Below, one piece after another: positions 15,561 to 30,607 of a DNA stretch of 64,000 nucleotides. The notes beneath the pieces are model-generated. The model made no database searches. It saw only the letters and a list, made by a program, of their open reading frames with translations, and was not told the DNA's origin. The number at the start of each line of letters is the position of its first letter. Position 1 is the first letter of the stretch. Origin of the DNA: the human T2T-CHM13v2.0 reference genome, Homo sapiens; NCBI RefSeq assembly GCF_009914755.1, contig NC_060927.1; one strand, written 5' to 3'. The position numbers and the translations under genes were made by a program.

Positions 15561-15635
15561 CATTTATGGTAGATGTTTCTGTATAAAAACAAATACCATA
15601 TAGCAGAACTAGTGTGAAACCTTTACCAACTGTGG

Positions 15636-15832
15636 CAGTTGTTTGCCGGAGCTAGGTGGTATGGGCTTGTAAGAACCAACTATTCAATTTTTAGGAAGCT
15701 TTTGAGTCATTTGTCAAATTAGTCATTTGAAGTTGGCTTTGGTAAGAGTTTTTACCACATGAAAATTGGTAAACCGATGCTAGAAATTAGCTTTGTCATC
15801 ATCAACCCCCGGCTGTTTACCAGCACGCCACT
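15636..15832 (+). mobile_element. MER63-like hAT DNA transposon
   Basis: Termini cagttgtttgccggag...tttaccagcacgccactc; internal aaattggtaaa...ttttaccac. Confidence 0.65.
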
Positions 15833-15889
15833 CTGGTCATGCATGTGTAAGCATGTGGAAAACCTTTCTGGCAGAAGATACATGCCTTT

Positions 15890-16178
15890 TCTTTCCCCCC
15901 TGCAGGATCTTGCTCTGTTACCTAGGCTAGAGTGCTCACTGCAGCCTCAAATTCCTGTGCTCAAGAGGTTCTCTTGCCTCAGCCTTCCAAGTAGCTGGGA
16001 CTATAGGGGCATGCCACCAGGCTCAGCTAATTTTTTAATTTTTTTGTGGAGATGGGGTCTCGCTATGTTGCCCAGGTTGGTCTTGAATTCCTGGCCTCAG
16101 GAGATCCTCCTGAGTGATCTTCTTGTGTTGGCCTACCAAAGTACTGGGATTACAGGTGTGAGCCACCATGTCCAGCCT
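15890..16178 (-). mobile_element. AluJ (degraded)
   Basis: Antisense Alu text ending gagccaccatgtccagcc. Confidence 0.85.
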
Positions 16179-16254
16179 ACACCCAACCCTTAACAGTGAT
16201 TATCTTTGAAAAGTGGAATTATGTTTGGGTTTATTTCTGCCCCTTTTAAAATAA

Positions 16255-16541
16255 CTTTATTTTCTGTTACTACGTTAATTCATTTAGGATTATGGCCTCC
16301 AACTGCATCGGTGTTTCTGCAAAGGGAGCTAAGCATTGGGCACACATGGGCATAAACATGGGAACAATAGACTCTGCAGAGAACTACCAGAGGGAGGTGG
16401 GAGGAGGACACAGGTTGAAAAACTACCTATAGGGTATCTATACCCCAAACTTCAGCATTATGCAATATTCCCATGTTACTAACCTGCGTATGTACCCCCA
16501 TATCTAAAATGAAAGTTGAAATGAAAAATAATTCAAAAATG
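16255..16541 (+). mobile_element. L1PB-type 3' end with inverted 5' segment
   Basis: About 16255-16325 is antisense L1; from 16324 (gggagctaagcattggg) sense L1 runs to an A-rich tail. Confidence 0.75.
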
Positions 16542-16981
16542 AAATTACTTATTGTCTGACTGTATTTCAATCTAATTAAATTTATAATTGGAAGTAAAGG
16601 GTAACTTAATTTTTAGAAGTAAGAAAGTATATAGATCTGAGCTGTTGTATTCCTCGGGATGGCAAGCAAGAGGCAATTGTGACAGGTATGATAGTTTAAG
16701 CCTTGGCTCTTTGTTTCTGTCTGTAAATTGGTATGTTAATAACTTCTCTAGCACAGAGGTAACTTCAATATTCATGAAATGACCTCAGTAGAATACTAAA
16801 TTAGAAACTTTGTAATGGAAAATAGATATTACCATAGATTTTCCTGCATTATAACCATGGCTTGTGTTTGTGTATTTGTTAGCATGTTGTGTCAAGAAAA
16901 TAAGCATTAGCTACCCAAATACTTGGAATTTGAAATTAGCAACTCCCCACTTTCCTCCATCAGTCTACTAATATTGGATAC

Positions 16982-17341
16982 TGTATTAGTCTGTTCCCAA
17001 GTTGCTAATAAAGACATACCCAAGACTGGGTCATTTATAAAGCAAGAGAGGTTTAATGAACTCACAGCTCCACATGGTTGGGGAGGCCTCAAAATCATGG
17101 AGGAAGGTAGAAAAGGAGGAGCAAAGGCATGTCCTACATGGCAGCAGGCCAGAGAGCGTGTGCAGGGGAACTGCCCTTTATAAAACCATCAGATCTCATG
17201 AGACTATCATGACAACAGCATGGGAAAAACCCGCACCTGTGATTCAATTACCTCACACTAGGTCCCTCCCATGGTATGTGGGGAGTATGGGAGCTACAAT
17301 TCAAGATGATATTTGGGTGGGGACACAGCCAAACCATATCA
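16982..17341 (-). mobile_element. THE1 (MaLR) solo LTR
   Basis: TG...CA ends, THE1 text (tgtattagtc...gggacacagccaaaccatatca), 5-bp TSD gatac. Confidence 0.93.
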
Positions 17342-17984
17342 GATACTTAGCCCTAAACCTATCTATACACCCTGATTCTTACCAACTTTATCTACTCATT
17401 TAAACATATCTCTTTGTTACAGGCAGCTTTCTGTTTTGTTTGTTTTTGGTTTTGTTTTTAAAAGCTCAGTACTACAGAACATAGTAAGCTAGTTATCAAC
17501 ATTTCCGTATCTGTAGGCATGGTTATGCATGTGTTAAATTAGTACTTCTTCCTTCAACCATCAGCCTTTCTTCATTTCTCTATGCAATAAACATATGTTG
17601 TATTGGGCTTACACTGTGTGCTAGATACAGTTCACATTATCATTATATTCACTAACCATTACAGGGATGAATGATATCATACAGTATTTACAGTATTAAA
17701 ATGGTTATATTATTTGATCTTAGAATAGCATTGTAAAATATATTATTATTGTCACTTCACAAATAAGGAAATAGAGGCCCGGAGAGATTAGGTGGTTTAG
17801 ACGTAGTTTTGCATATAGGAAGTAGAACCAGGACTCAAGGTTTTGTCCTCTGTTCCCAAGCCCATTATTCTTTTTCCTGGCAGACCCAAGGGATTCCTAC
17901 CTTTTTATTACTGAGGACATCTTTTATTTTATATTTTTTCTAAAGATTCCTTTTATTGCAAGCAATAAAACCAGACACATTAGT

Positions 17985-18512
17985 CGTGCTGCCATCACAA
18001 CAATCTAATTTTAGAACATTTCATCACCCCAAAACGAAGCCCTGAGGATTAGCAGCCAATCCACAACCCATTCTCCCCCACCCAAGCCCTAGGCAACCAG
18101 TAGTCTACTTCCTGTCTCTATAGATTTGCCTATTCCGGATATTTCATACAAGTGGGATGATATTATATGTGGCATATTGTGATTGATTTAGTTTTCACTT
18201 AATGCAATGTTTTCAAGGTACAGCTATGATATAGCATGTATCACTACATCATTTTTTAGTGATGAATAATATTCATCATTGAATCATAATTGAGAAATAT
18301 TATTCATCCCTGATGCACCTGTGTGTGATTTCCAAATTTTGACTATCATGAATAATGCTACTATGAACATATGTGTACAAGTTTTTGTGTGGACATATGT
18401 TTTCATTTTTCTTGGGTATATAGCTGTAAGTTGAATTACTGGATCAAGGTAACTCTATGCTTAACATTTTGAAGAACTGCCAACTACGTTCCAACGTAAC
18501 TGTGCCATTGTA
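17985..18512 (-). mobile_element. L1M 3'-region fragment
   Basis: Antisense L1 text (ctgtctctatagatttgcctattccggatatttcata...gctactatgaacat). Confidence 0.75.
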
Positions 18513-18544
18513 AATGTCTTTTTGAAGTATTTTGAAGTATATAC

Positions 18545-19340
18545 CTATTTGAGGTATTTGCACTCTCATATTCAACTGAGAACATCTCCTGTGAGTATCT
18601 CATGTTCAACTGATTTCAGCTCTTGTGTATCTCGTGTTCAACTCTTATGCTCAACTGATTTCAACTCCAATGAATATCTACCAAGAAGTGGGACTGCTGG
18701 ATGAAATGCTACTCTCATTTTTAATTATTTGGCAAAACTTCCATAGTGTTTTTCCAGAATGGATAAAGAGAATGCATTATATCATACAATTGAGTGTCAG
18801 TCAGCCCTAAGAAAGGAGGAAATCCTGCCATATGCATAGACCTGGAGGACATTATGCTAAGTTAAATAAGCCAGGCACAGAAGGACAAACACTACATGAT
18901 GCTATTTACATGAGGAATCTAAAATAGTCAAACTCATAGAAGCTGGGAGTAGAATGGTGGTTGCCAGAGGCTGAGAAGGGGGAGAAATGGAGAGGTGTTA
19001 ATCAAAGGGTGCAAAGTTTCAGTTACGCAAGGTAAGTCCTAGAAATCTACTCTACAGCTTAGTGCCTATGGTTAACAATTCTGTATTGTATACTTAAGAA
19101 CTCGCTAGGAAATTAAATGTTACATAAAGTGTTCTTATCACTAAAATAATTAATACATAAATGAATACATAAATAGGGCAGGAGGAAACTTTTAGAGGTT
19201 ATGTGTATGTTTATGGCATAGATTGTGATGATGGTTTCTTGGCCGTGTATATATCTCCAAACTCCTCACTTTAGGCACATCAAATATATACAGCTTTCTG
19301 TATGTCAATCATACCTCAGTAAAGTGGTTTTTAAAAAAGA
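18545..19340 (+). mobile_element. L1MA/MB 3' end with inverted 5' part and reiterated junction sequence
   Basis: Antisense L1 up to 18756, sense L1 from 18757 (gaatggataaag...) to aaagtggtttttaaaaaag. Confidence 0.75.
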
Positions 19341-20640
19341 AACAGCAGAAGAGGTCATTGTGAATTCAGAGGTCTTCAGAGGACTCAGCCCTTTAATCTC
19401 TGATTCAGTAAAGTGGCATTCGAGTGTTTCCTTTTTTGTTAGTGTAACAAATATAAATCTCAGTGCTATGGGAGCTCAGAAAGTGTTCTGGATCAGAACA
19501 TGCCCTGGGTAATTCACAGTGTATAAGGCAGAGAAGAAAAACCTGGACTCAAGTCAAATCCTGGTTTCCGTATGACTCTCAGTGTCCTTATCTATAAAAT
19601 GAAGCTGATAGTATCAGCCCTGCATACCCCACAGAGCTGTTTTGGAGATCCAGTGAGAGAATGAATCTAAAGTTTTCTGTAACCAGTAAAAGCAAATCAG
19701 GAAGCAGAAGCTCAGTCAAATGAGCCTAGAAACCACACACTTGGCAGGTAGGTAAGCACCAGTTGGTGCTCTGTATTATGAGATTAGGACTGAGACCTTT
19801 TACATTCGAAGCTGGGTGCTTGCCGACAAGAATCCGTATTTCCAAATGTGAGCAAACCCTTGCCCAGCAGAGTTTTCACAAAATCCAGATGTTGAGTTTT
19901 GTGTCAATTGTTTAAGAATTCAAAAGCAGATAGTAGCATATTTTTCAAAATCAGTTGCTTGACAACCAGTTTATGGTCCTATGATTCTCTGCCACCTTCC
20001 CTGGTTTTGACGACTCTAAATCAGTTGAAACTTGTATTATTTTTCTATTGTATTTTTCAATATATTTGCCAAAGAATATGGGAAAAGAAACTTTATTCAT
20101 TCAACAGCCATTGTTTGAGGTATTTCCATGAGCCAGGTATTTGATAGGCATTAGGATATGGTGAAGAACAAATAGTCCCTGTTCCTTTCTTCATGCTCGT
20201 TTGTGTCTCATATGTCTAACTGTTTCAGGGTCCCTGCTATTCACCGTGACTCACAGATGGCACCAATACTGTGTTTTAAAAATGAAAAGCAAAGTGGAGG
20301 TCAAAGTTAGGTTCTAAAAAAAATAAAAATGAGGAATAACATAAGGAGGATAAAAGATGTTGAGGCTGCAGTTCAGTTCTGTTGCTAATTTACTGGGTGA
20401 TTTGGGCAAGCTACTTAACCTCTCAGAATCTGTTTCCACATCTGTTAATTTGCTTAGTTCTTGACTCTAACAAGCTAGCATTCTGTAGTTTGAGATTTAA
20501 GAGCCTCTGAAACAAGTTTCCTTTCTATTTCTTTACATTTTTGATCAGTCCATCTTTGCTCATTTTCCATGTGGCTCTTATCTGCTCCTCTCCATCTTAA
20601 GTATTATCCTAGTCCAAGCCACATCATCTCATTCTTGAAC

Positions 20641-20948
<308 letters not shown>

Positions 20949-20949
20949 A

Positions 20950-21645
20950 CATTCTTAAATTTTTCTGCAGTAGCCTCATAATTAGCTGTTTCTCCTTCAC
21001 TTTTACTCTCTACAGTCCATTCTTCACACAGTAACCAGTGTTACCTATTTCAAATTGTAAATTAAATCAGGTGTCTCCTCTGTGGAAAACCCTGGAATAT
21101 GTCCCATTATTCTTAGAATTAAATTTAAGTTCCTTACAGCGGCCTATATGCTCTTATATGTTCAAATTCCTACCTGTTGCTTCAGCTTCTTCATATTCCA
21201 CTGTTTTCCTTGCCCCTGGCAGTGAAGTTTTCTGAGATTCTTCAGGAACTTCACATGTACTATTCCCTTTCTCACCTAAGTTCTTCCTTCACACACTCTC
21301 CTCTCAACTTTGTCCCTCACATCTTCATTCTATTTCACTCAGCTCAAAAGTCCATTTCTCAGGGAACATCCCATCTCCTGCCCTAATCAGCGACCTCTCA
21401 GGCTAAGTAAGATCCCTGTTAATATATCCACTTTATACGCTGTACGTCTTTTTCATGATAATCACTCCAATAGCAATTGTTGTTAATTGGGTAATTATTT
21501 ATTTAACTACTTAATTAATGTCTGTGACCTTCTCTAGAATGAAAGCTCCATGACAACAGGCAGATTTATTTGCCTCTGTATGTTTTATGTGTAGCAAAGC
21601 CTTTGCAGTTAGTAGGTGCTCAGTAAATACTCAGCGAATGAATGA
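20950..21645. mobile_element. L2 LINE 3' fragment
   Basis: Ends in typical L2 tail (gaatgaaagctccatgac...gtaggtgctcagtaaatac...gaatgaatgaa). Confidence 0.65.
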
Positions 21646-22212
21646 AAGGATATAATAAATAGGTAACACTTAATTCTTTAAATCAGCTATGAGATTATTT
21701 TGTATGAGATAACAAGGTATATATGCCAGAGAGTTCTGAAGAAGCATAGACGTTTCTTTCTATGTAGTTACTGATCTCTGTTTTTACTGTGAGTGCAAAC
21801 AATACTCATGCCACCCCATTAGAAACAAATATCCACCAAACTCTGTGTGCTGGGCACTAAGCTGGATGAGCAGGACTAAAGCTCTCTCTTTGAGCTCACA
21901 ATCTAGCAGCAAATTAGCCTCAAATAACAGTTACGCAAGGTACGAAGTGGTTAGTATCATAAGAGAGGTTCAGAGAAACAGCTATGGTGGTTTCAAACTG
22001 AGAGAAATTGCTTCAAACTGAGAGCAGCCATCTATATATCCAGAGGTGTAGTGTTCAATTTAGGCCTTAAAAAATTTGTGTGATGTGACTACTTGGAGAT
22101 AGGTGAGAAATGGCAATGAAGAATGGAGCTATGATTAAATAATTGCCTCTGCCCGGTTGTTACAAGTAAAGCCAAGTCTCTAAACAAGAGGCAGGAACTT
22201 AACCTTTTAAAA

Positions 22213-23125
22213 TTTATTTTTATTTTTATTCACTCTTATTTACATATGGTCAAATTGAGTTTTTTGGTGTAAGAAGTCTGTGAATTTTGACAAATGCATA
22301 CAACCATGTAAAAACCACCACAGTTTAGGTACAGAAAGTCCCATTATCCTCCCAAATTTCTCTCATGCTGCCACTGTGCCGTCCCCCCACACCCAGTCAC
22401 TAGCAACCACTGATCGTTTTCTGCTCCTATAATTCTGCCTTTTCCAGAATATCAGATAGATAGAATTGTACTGGTCTGGCTTCCTTCACTTAGCATAACA
22501 CATTTGAGGTACATCCATATTATCATATGTTTGAGAAGTCCATTCCTTGTTACCAAGTAACATTCCATTGTATGGATATACCACTGTTGTTTATTCATTC
22601 ATTAGTTGTAGGATATGTGATTGCTTCAAGTTTTTGGCTATTATGATTAAGGCTGCTGTAAACGTCTATATACAGGCTTTGTCTCAACACAAGTTTTTGT
22701 TACCTAGGACTGATATTGCTAGGTCATATGGTAAGGTCATTAGGTATGTTTAACCTAATAAGAGGCTGCCAAACTCTTTTCCAAAGTAGCTATACTCAAT
22801 TCTGTATTCCCGTCTTCAATGAATGAGAGTCCAGCTGCTGCACATTTCATGAACACTTGCTATTTTCCATTTTTTAAAATGCTAACCATTCTAATAGTTT
22901 TACAGTAGTATCTTGTGTGATTTTTAATTTACATTTATATAATGACTAATAATTTGGACCATTTTGTCATATGTATATCTCCTTTGGTGAAGTGTCTGTT
23001 AAAATATTTTGTCCCTTTTTAATTAAGTTCCTGATATTTTTCTTTGACTTTTGAGAGTTCTCTATATATTCTGAAAATGAGTTCTTCATTGAATAGCTGA
23101 TTTGTGGCTTGTCTTTGCTAACCTT
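22213..23125 (-). mobile_element. L1M 3' fragment
   Basis: Antisense L1 text (ttgacaaatgcatac...ctggcttccttcacttagcata...ctttggtgaagtgtctg). Confidence 0.8.
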
Positions 23126-23840
23126 TAATTTTCTTGTTATTTTAAAAATCTTGCTCCCAGGCCCATCACTGGATCTCCTATAGTCTCTTAGGTCTACTCA
23201 GTATGTTTATAGAACTTCTAGGTTTTTTCAGACACAGTGGGGATCTAGGAAGATGAAAATGACCATTGCCCTGTTAACAAGGAGCTTTTGAGTAGCTGGA
23301 AAGAGAATTCAGGTATCCAAATATTTATAACCCATGAAATAATGTCCCGAGTGCCATAGGGATGTATAGATGGTGTGCTATACTGCAGAGTGTTGTCACT
23401 CATTGAGGTTTCTGGTTACTAAAATACTTTGAGGCCCCGAAGAGAGAAACAATAAAGACTGTGGATGATTACATCCTACAAACTGTAACAAAGTGGCTTC
23501 CCTCTTTACAGCCTCATGTATTATCTTTGATGATGATGGGCATTAGGGGATGAAAAAGGGGCCGTGCCAGGCAATGCAGTCTTTCTCAACTTGATCAGTC
23601 ACAGTGCCCACTCTAACCATTGTCAAGCAAAAGGACCACATCAGAAGCCATTAGCCTCACTGCATCTCCCCACCCCCTCAGCCCGTTTGCTGTAATTGTC
23701 CCATTTGACTTCGTTTAATAACAAATGGGTAAAGAAATTCCATGCTTGACACATGTGGAGTTGCATGTGTGTGTGACCCATCAGACAGCTTCAGGGCACA
23801 AGTATACTGCCCAGCCTATCTTTTGCTTCTGCTCATACTA

Positions 23841-24194
<354 letters not shown>

Positions 24195-26373
24195 TTAGTG
24201 ACTCTCAGTTGCTACAAGGATAAAGTTTGTTCTTACCCTGATTGACCCTAGTCTCATTGACCCTTTACCATTCTCATGCTTTGTGAAATCATCCCACACC
24301 CTGTGATCTAACCCCGGCTGACTCATGGACTAACTCATCATGGCTCACATCAGCCTGGACTCCTCCCCTTGGAGGAGGAGTCAGTGCACATTCTATGCAT
24401 TTTTTCCAGACTTAAATCAGATGCCATCTCTTCTGTGAAGGCACCGATGAGTGTCACCCATCTTGAAGTCCGAATTAAAAGTGCCTTCTGCCCTCCTATG
24501 ACACGTTGCATCTTTATTTTTTCCTTTTAGCATTTGCTTCATTTTGCTTTGTGTTGTGGTTGTTTGCCTGACTCTCCACCCAGTCTTGACAGTGAGATCT
24601 TTGAGAGCACAGTCTATATCTTCCTTGTATCTTTATCCCTCGTTGGAGCCTAACATAAACTGTTGCATGTGGTAAGTTTTCACTGAGGGTTTATTGATTG
24701 AAGGACATGCCATAACCCACAGTTCACCTTGCTTTGTGACCCAGACAGAAGAGGTGTCTCAGTGGCTGATAGTTGTAACTGGAGGTGACAGGGGGCTCTG
24801 ATGTGTTCTAAGCAAAGACAGCCCTGTTTCCCTATTGGCCGTGATTATGCCCTCCTATCTAGAATAGGAAAAGGGTGATTTGATTTTGAGCAATAAGCAA
24901 CCTGACTCTAATTGTCTACCTTAAATGCCTTCCATTGTTCTGCTTAAGGTGATTTTCTACCAGCATGAAATGTTCTCCTTCCCAGACAGTTGATGGAGGA
25001 GCTGAGTCATGCCTGACTATACTTAATAAGACAGAGGCAGCTAATGCCCCAGGGAGCTGCCTTCGAGGACAGCTTGACATTTCTGACTCCTCTGCTTTTT
25101 AAAAGTGGGTGTTGTGAGGGAAAGTTAAGCATGAAGGTAGCTTCGGAGTCTCCACTGGAAACAGGACTATATAGTGACACTCTCTAATTTAGACAGATGT
25201 GATCTACCCCGCTGCCTCTTGGCTGTGATATGTGCCTTCCGATGCTGGGAGGTGCTAATCAAGGATGTCATGTTTTTCATGAAAGAGTCTCACTTGCTTA
25301 CTCACTTTGTTCTACTTTCTATTAATGAGTGCCCACCCACTTCCGTTCTTTTCTCTGAAAAACTGGCTTGATTTATATTTTTCAGAGTCAGGCTAGAAAA
25401 TACTCTTGAAGTTAGCATGGATTATAAACCCATCATATTATAGAGATGGACAGGGTTACAGATCATCTGGTTTTACCTTCTTATACGTGATAAAACTGAA
25501 TCCCAAAGCAGGAAAGTGACTTGGTCACAGTCAGCATTAAATTTCAGACTCTAGAGAGTGACAGATCTGCGTTAGAATCCCCGTCTCCTACTGACTTGCT
25601 GTGTAATTGTGTGGGTATCTTTTAACTTATCTATGCTTCATGCTCGTCATTTGTTAAATGAGGGCCATAATAAAGCTATCTGAAAGAGGCATTATGAAGA
25701 GTGAAAATGATAATAAATGTAAAACACTTAATACCTGGCGTATAGAAAACACTCACAATTAAGTGAATGGTACTGGTAGTTCCTATGGTGGTGGCAGTTT
25801 TATAATGGTGGTCACACTGGCAGAATTAGGACAAGAAACCAGGTCTTCTGACCCTATGTCTTTGTTCTCCATAGGGTATACTACAAGATGTATCTCAGGA
25901 ACTATATTTAGCTATGAGGAAGTTTAAAGTGATCTGTCTGAAGATGAATTCCTATATTCAAAGAAAGGATCAGTAGCGAGTTTGCTGTAGCACAGAAGGA
26001 AAAGAAAACATGGTTTGAGATGTTTGTCAACATGAAGAATCAAATTGGGCGGAGTGTTTGAGGGAAGAAATTATATGTAAAATCTCCAAAATAAAAACCA
26101 AGGGGCTGAGTAAGACCTGAGAACCTGAGGTCAGTGGATAGAGGACTGACTCTGGAATCAGAAAAACTGCTGCCCAATAGCTCTGTGAGCTTCCCAATTC
26201 ACTCTCTGAACCTCTCTTTCAAACCCCAAAATGGGGCAATATCCTCTATATCTGGGATCAAAGGATATAATATGTCTAAAACTTCCATCTAAACTATACA
26301 TTACTATGGATTATGTCAACAATGTTGGATTTGCAGTCTTTGGTTGGATGTGGTGGAAGAAATAAGGCAATGA

Positions 26374-26744
<371 letters not shown>

Positions 26745-28510
26745 TACATCTTTCTAAGCAACCATCTTCATTATTCATTTTCCACTAGGCAGGGAATCAC
26801 ATGCAGCATTGGGAGTCCAAAAGTCCTCAGGGATGAGTGTCTTGGACTTGACAGTGTTGTCCTGGAATATATACCGGGACACACATGCACACACGCACAA
26901 GATGTTTGTGTGTGTAGTTGTAGTTGTACCATGCAGTTCCTAAAAGCCCTCTTCAAATGACTGTGAGTTATTTTCCTGGTCTTTCATCTATTTTTCTAAA
27001 TTTGATTTTTCTAGAATGTTTGTTTTCTTCACATATGAAAAGTACATTCTCTTGTTTTGCTTCCTTTGTTCTAGATTTTAGAGAAGTTGGTTTGTAGTTT
27101 TCTCTTTCCCAATAAACGTATGAGGCAAATGTTCTCAACCTTAGCACTATAGTAAGTCAATAAGCTCAACATAAAAGTACGTATAAAAATTTAACCCCTG
27201 ACATACCAAGAGAAAAGAGAAACAAAGATTGATATAAGTCCAGTATAAACTCTTATTTTTGCAGTTGGTTTTATATGCAGAAGTAATGTTCATGATATGG
27301 TTATCAGAGAGACTTTTATCCTGCCTCTGCTACTAACCCAGTCTTTCACCTCAGGCATTCCCTAGCCCCTCTGGTGTCAGAGCCTGATCTGTATAATGTG
27401 TCATGGGGCTGGATGATTTTTGAATCCACCTTCCAGCTCTAACATGCAGTGGTTTTCTAAGATGCACGGTGGATTATAGGGGACTTCAGTGTTCAGAAAC
27501 TTAGACCAGGATTTTATCTTAGCATTTACTCTTCCCAAGACCCTGCTTCTTTCCTTGGGAGGAGATACTGTTCTCTAGGTGAGTGACCACTAAAAACCTA
27601 GCCACTCAGCACCCCCACCTCTTGAATTCTTCCTGTCACCCCATCATATTCACTGCCAGACATTTCTCCAAACCCCATTTCTCATGCTCTCAGCTTTTGT
27701 TGCTTGCTTCACCCAATTTTCTCTCAGAATCTTTTGTTTTCTGCTTGTCACTACCAGCCATCAAGAAAAATCTACACGCTTGACACATTATTAAGATAGA
27801 ATGAGACTGCACCGGCGTTTCGCCGGTGATGCCTCTGTTAAACACAGTGGCAGGATTGTCGCCTGTGTCTCTTCCTCTGGCAGGTGATGAAGATCATAAA
27901 TGTTCTTTTACTCCAGGCAGTTTCCTGAGAATTGCTGGGGAGGTTGCTGACAAGGTTTGCTAGATGCACTTTCCTTTGACTTTGTAATTTTGCGTGGAAT
28001 ATTGGCTGCACATCTTGAGGCGGGGAAGTTAGAAAGCTCCTAATTGAAAGTTGAAGGCCCCGATGTACTTTTATTGAATGAGTCTCTCTGAGCCCCCAAC
28101 TGGGAAGTGTAAGACATGGTGTTGAAAGGTACAGAGACCCATTAAATACATGATGGGCTTTAAATTCCAATCATGCTGTTGAGTGGAAAGGTGTTCACTG
28201 ACGTATCCTTGGTAATTAAGAAGAGAGTTCATGCTCAGACTGCCTTCTGCATTTTACCACTCAAATCCAAGCTTTGAGTTTCCTGCCCTTGGCTCTGGTA
28301 AAAGGCAATAAAAACTCAAAATCAAACACACATAATAATTCCTTTCTCTGCTGATTCTCTTTCCAGATCTCAATTTTCTCATCTGTAATAATCCACATCA
28401 TGATAGCTAAAACATATTCATATTAAGTTCTTACTGTGTCAGAGTCCATGTGGCATTTTCGTGTATCATCTTATTTACCGCTAACAACAGCTCTATGGGA
28501 TTGGCACTGA

Positions 28511-28999
<489 letters not shown>

Positions 29000-30347
29000 T
29001 GAAAATAGTAATTTTATGACTTGACCATATAGAACACATGCAGCGTTATCTTTTTTGGCTCAGTATTAACATTGTCTGTTCCAGTCTTCCTGGGTTTGAT
29101 TCTTAGCCTGCTTCATCCTCTGTTTTGAAGAGGAGTGTACTGTTGTACTATTTACATTCAAAGTGCCAAGTGGGAATGTCTGTGCAGATATTTATTTGGA
29201 ATATATATTTCACTGGGACAATGTAGTAGAACACAGAATTTGGATTGGAGAGGAATGATTTTATACTTGCTACAAGTAAACTCTTGTGTTACTCAAGTTA
29301 TCTTTCTGGGTATAGTTTGTAAAATCTTCTCATTTGCAGAATGAGAAGAATTTTTTAAAATGTTGTAAAATCTCCCTTGTCGTCCAACACTCTCAGACAC
29401 TTTGTCACAGGTGAATCTCCAGAGCTTAAACATCAACAACATTTGTTGAGCACAATTCAGTTTGAAATGGGCTATACTCAGTTTGAAAGTGAAAAAGAGA
29501 GAAATATAATCATAACAACAGCAAAGATTATGTGACCAGCTCTCCGCTAAACACATTACCAGTGTTGCCTCATTTAATCTTCAAACCAGTTTTTGTTTAC
29601 ACATGGGAATATTTAATTTATTTGCACATAGTCACGTGGATAGGAAGTGGCAGAACGAGGTTTAGAACGGGGTTGTTGGAGACTTACCATTGCATACTCC
29701 CTAGGGAAAGCAGTTGTTTTGGGACATTAGAGCCCTGGTTTGGCCCCTCCCCACCACTATCATATATTGTTTACCCATCTCTCAGACGTGTTTTTTGTCC
29801 TCTCTCGACTGCATTCACTTCATGTATGGAATGGGGGTATTTTCAGCTATCTTACTGGAATTCAGGGCTGCAACTAGACCTGAGGCCTGTATTTTCTGGA
29901 ACTCTAATGATAACATGTGAAATAACTTTATTTCATGCGCTGTCAGTCTTGAATGGAAATTTCAACACAGAGACTGTATATTTTCTAGATATTCTTCATA
30001 GCCCCTAGCACTCACAGGATCCTGAATAAATATTATCTAATAGTAAGAATAAAGAGAGCAAAAGCTGTTTGATTATTATATTAAAATAATCATTGAATTT
30101 TTACATCTTAATCATGGATTAGAAAAGATAGCTTGGAGGGAAAAAAACCCCCACAAAAACAAGCTAATGACTGCTTAGCGTTTCTCCAGTGTACTGTGTC
30201 ACACTTGACACAGCCTGTTTATTTATTGTCACAACAGCCCTGCAAAAAAAATCATTCCCTTCAGCAGCATGAGGTTGCTCATTACAGTAATTTTTTTTAA
30301 AGAAAACCATGAACCATGGTACAGAAGAAGCATACTCAGAATTCGTT

Positions 30348-30607
30348 CTTTTGGTTTGTTTGTTTGTTTTGAGATGGAATCTCGCTCTGTCTCCCAGGCT
30401 GGAGTGCAGTGGTGCGATCTCGGCTCACTGAAACATCTGCCTCCCGGGGTCAAGTGATTCTCTTACCTCAGCTTCCCAAGTAGCTGGAATTACAGGCACG
30501 CGCCACCACACCCAGCTAATGTTTCTATTTTTAGTAGAGACAGGGTTTCGCCATGTTGGCCAGACTGGTCTCGAACTCGACCTCAGGTGATCTGTCCTGC
30601 CTTGGCC
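30348..30607 (-). mobile_element. AluS, 5'-truncated
   Basis: Antisense Alu with (TTTG)n tail; TSD cagaattc. Confidence 0.9.

Noticed and set aside
18560-18670. CRISPR-like or functional repeat array
   Set aside because: The units are degenerate, irregularly spaced and L1-derived, in a human intron.
29532-30008. 158-aa ORF
   Set aside because: Non-ATG start, begins in MIR-like sequence, no recognisable homology or exon structure; compatible with chance.
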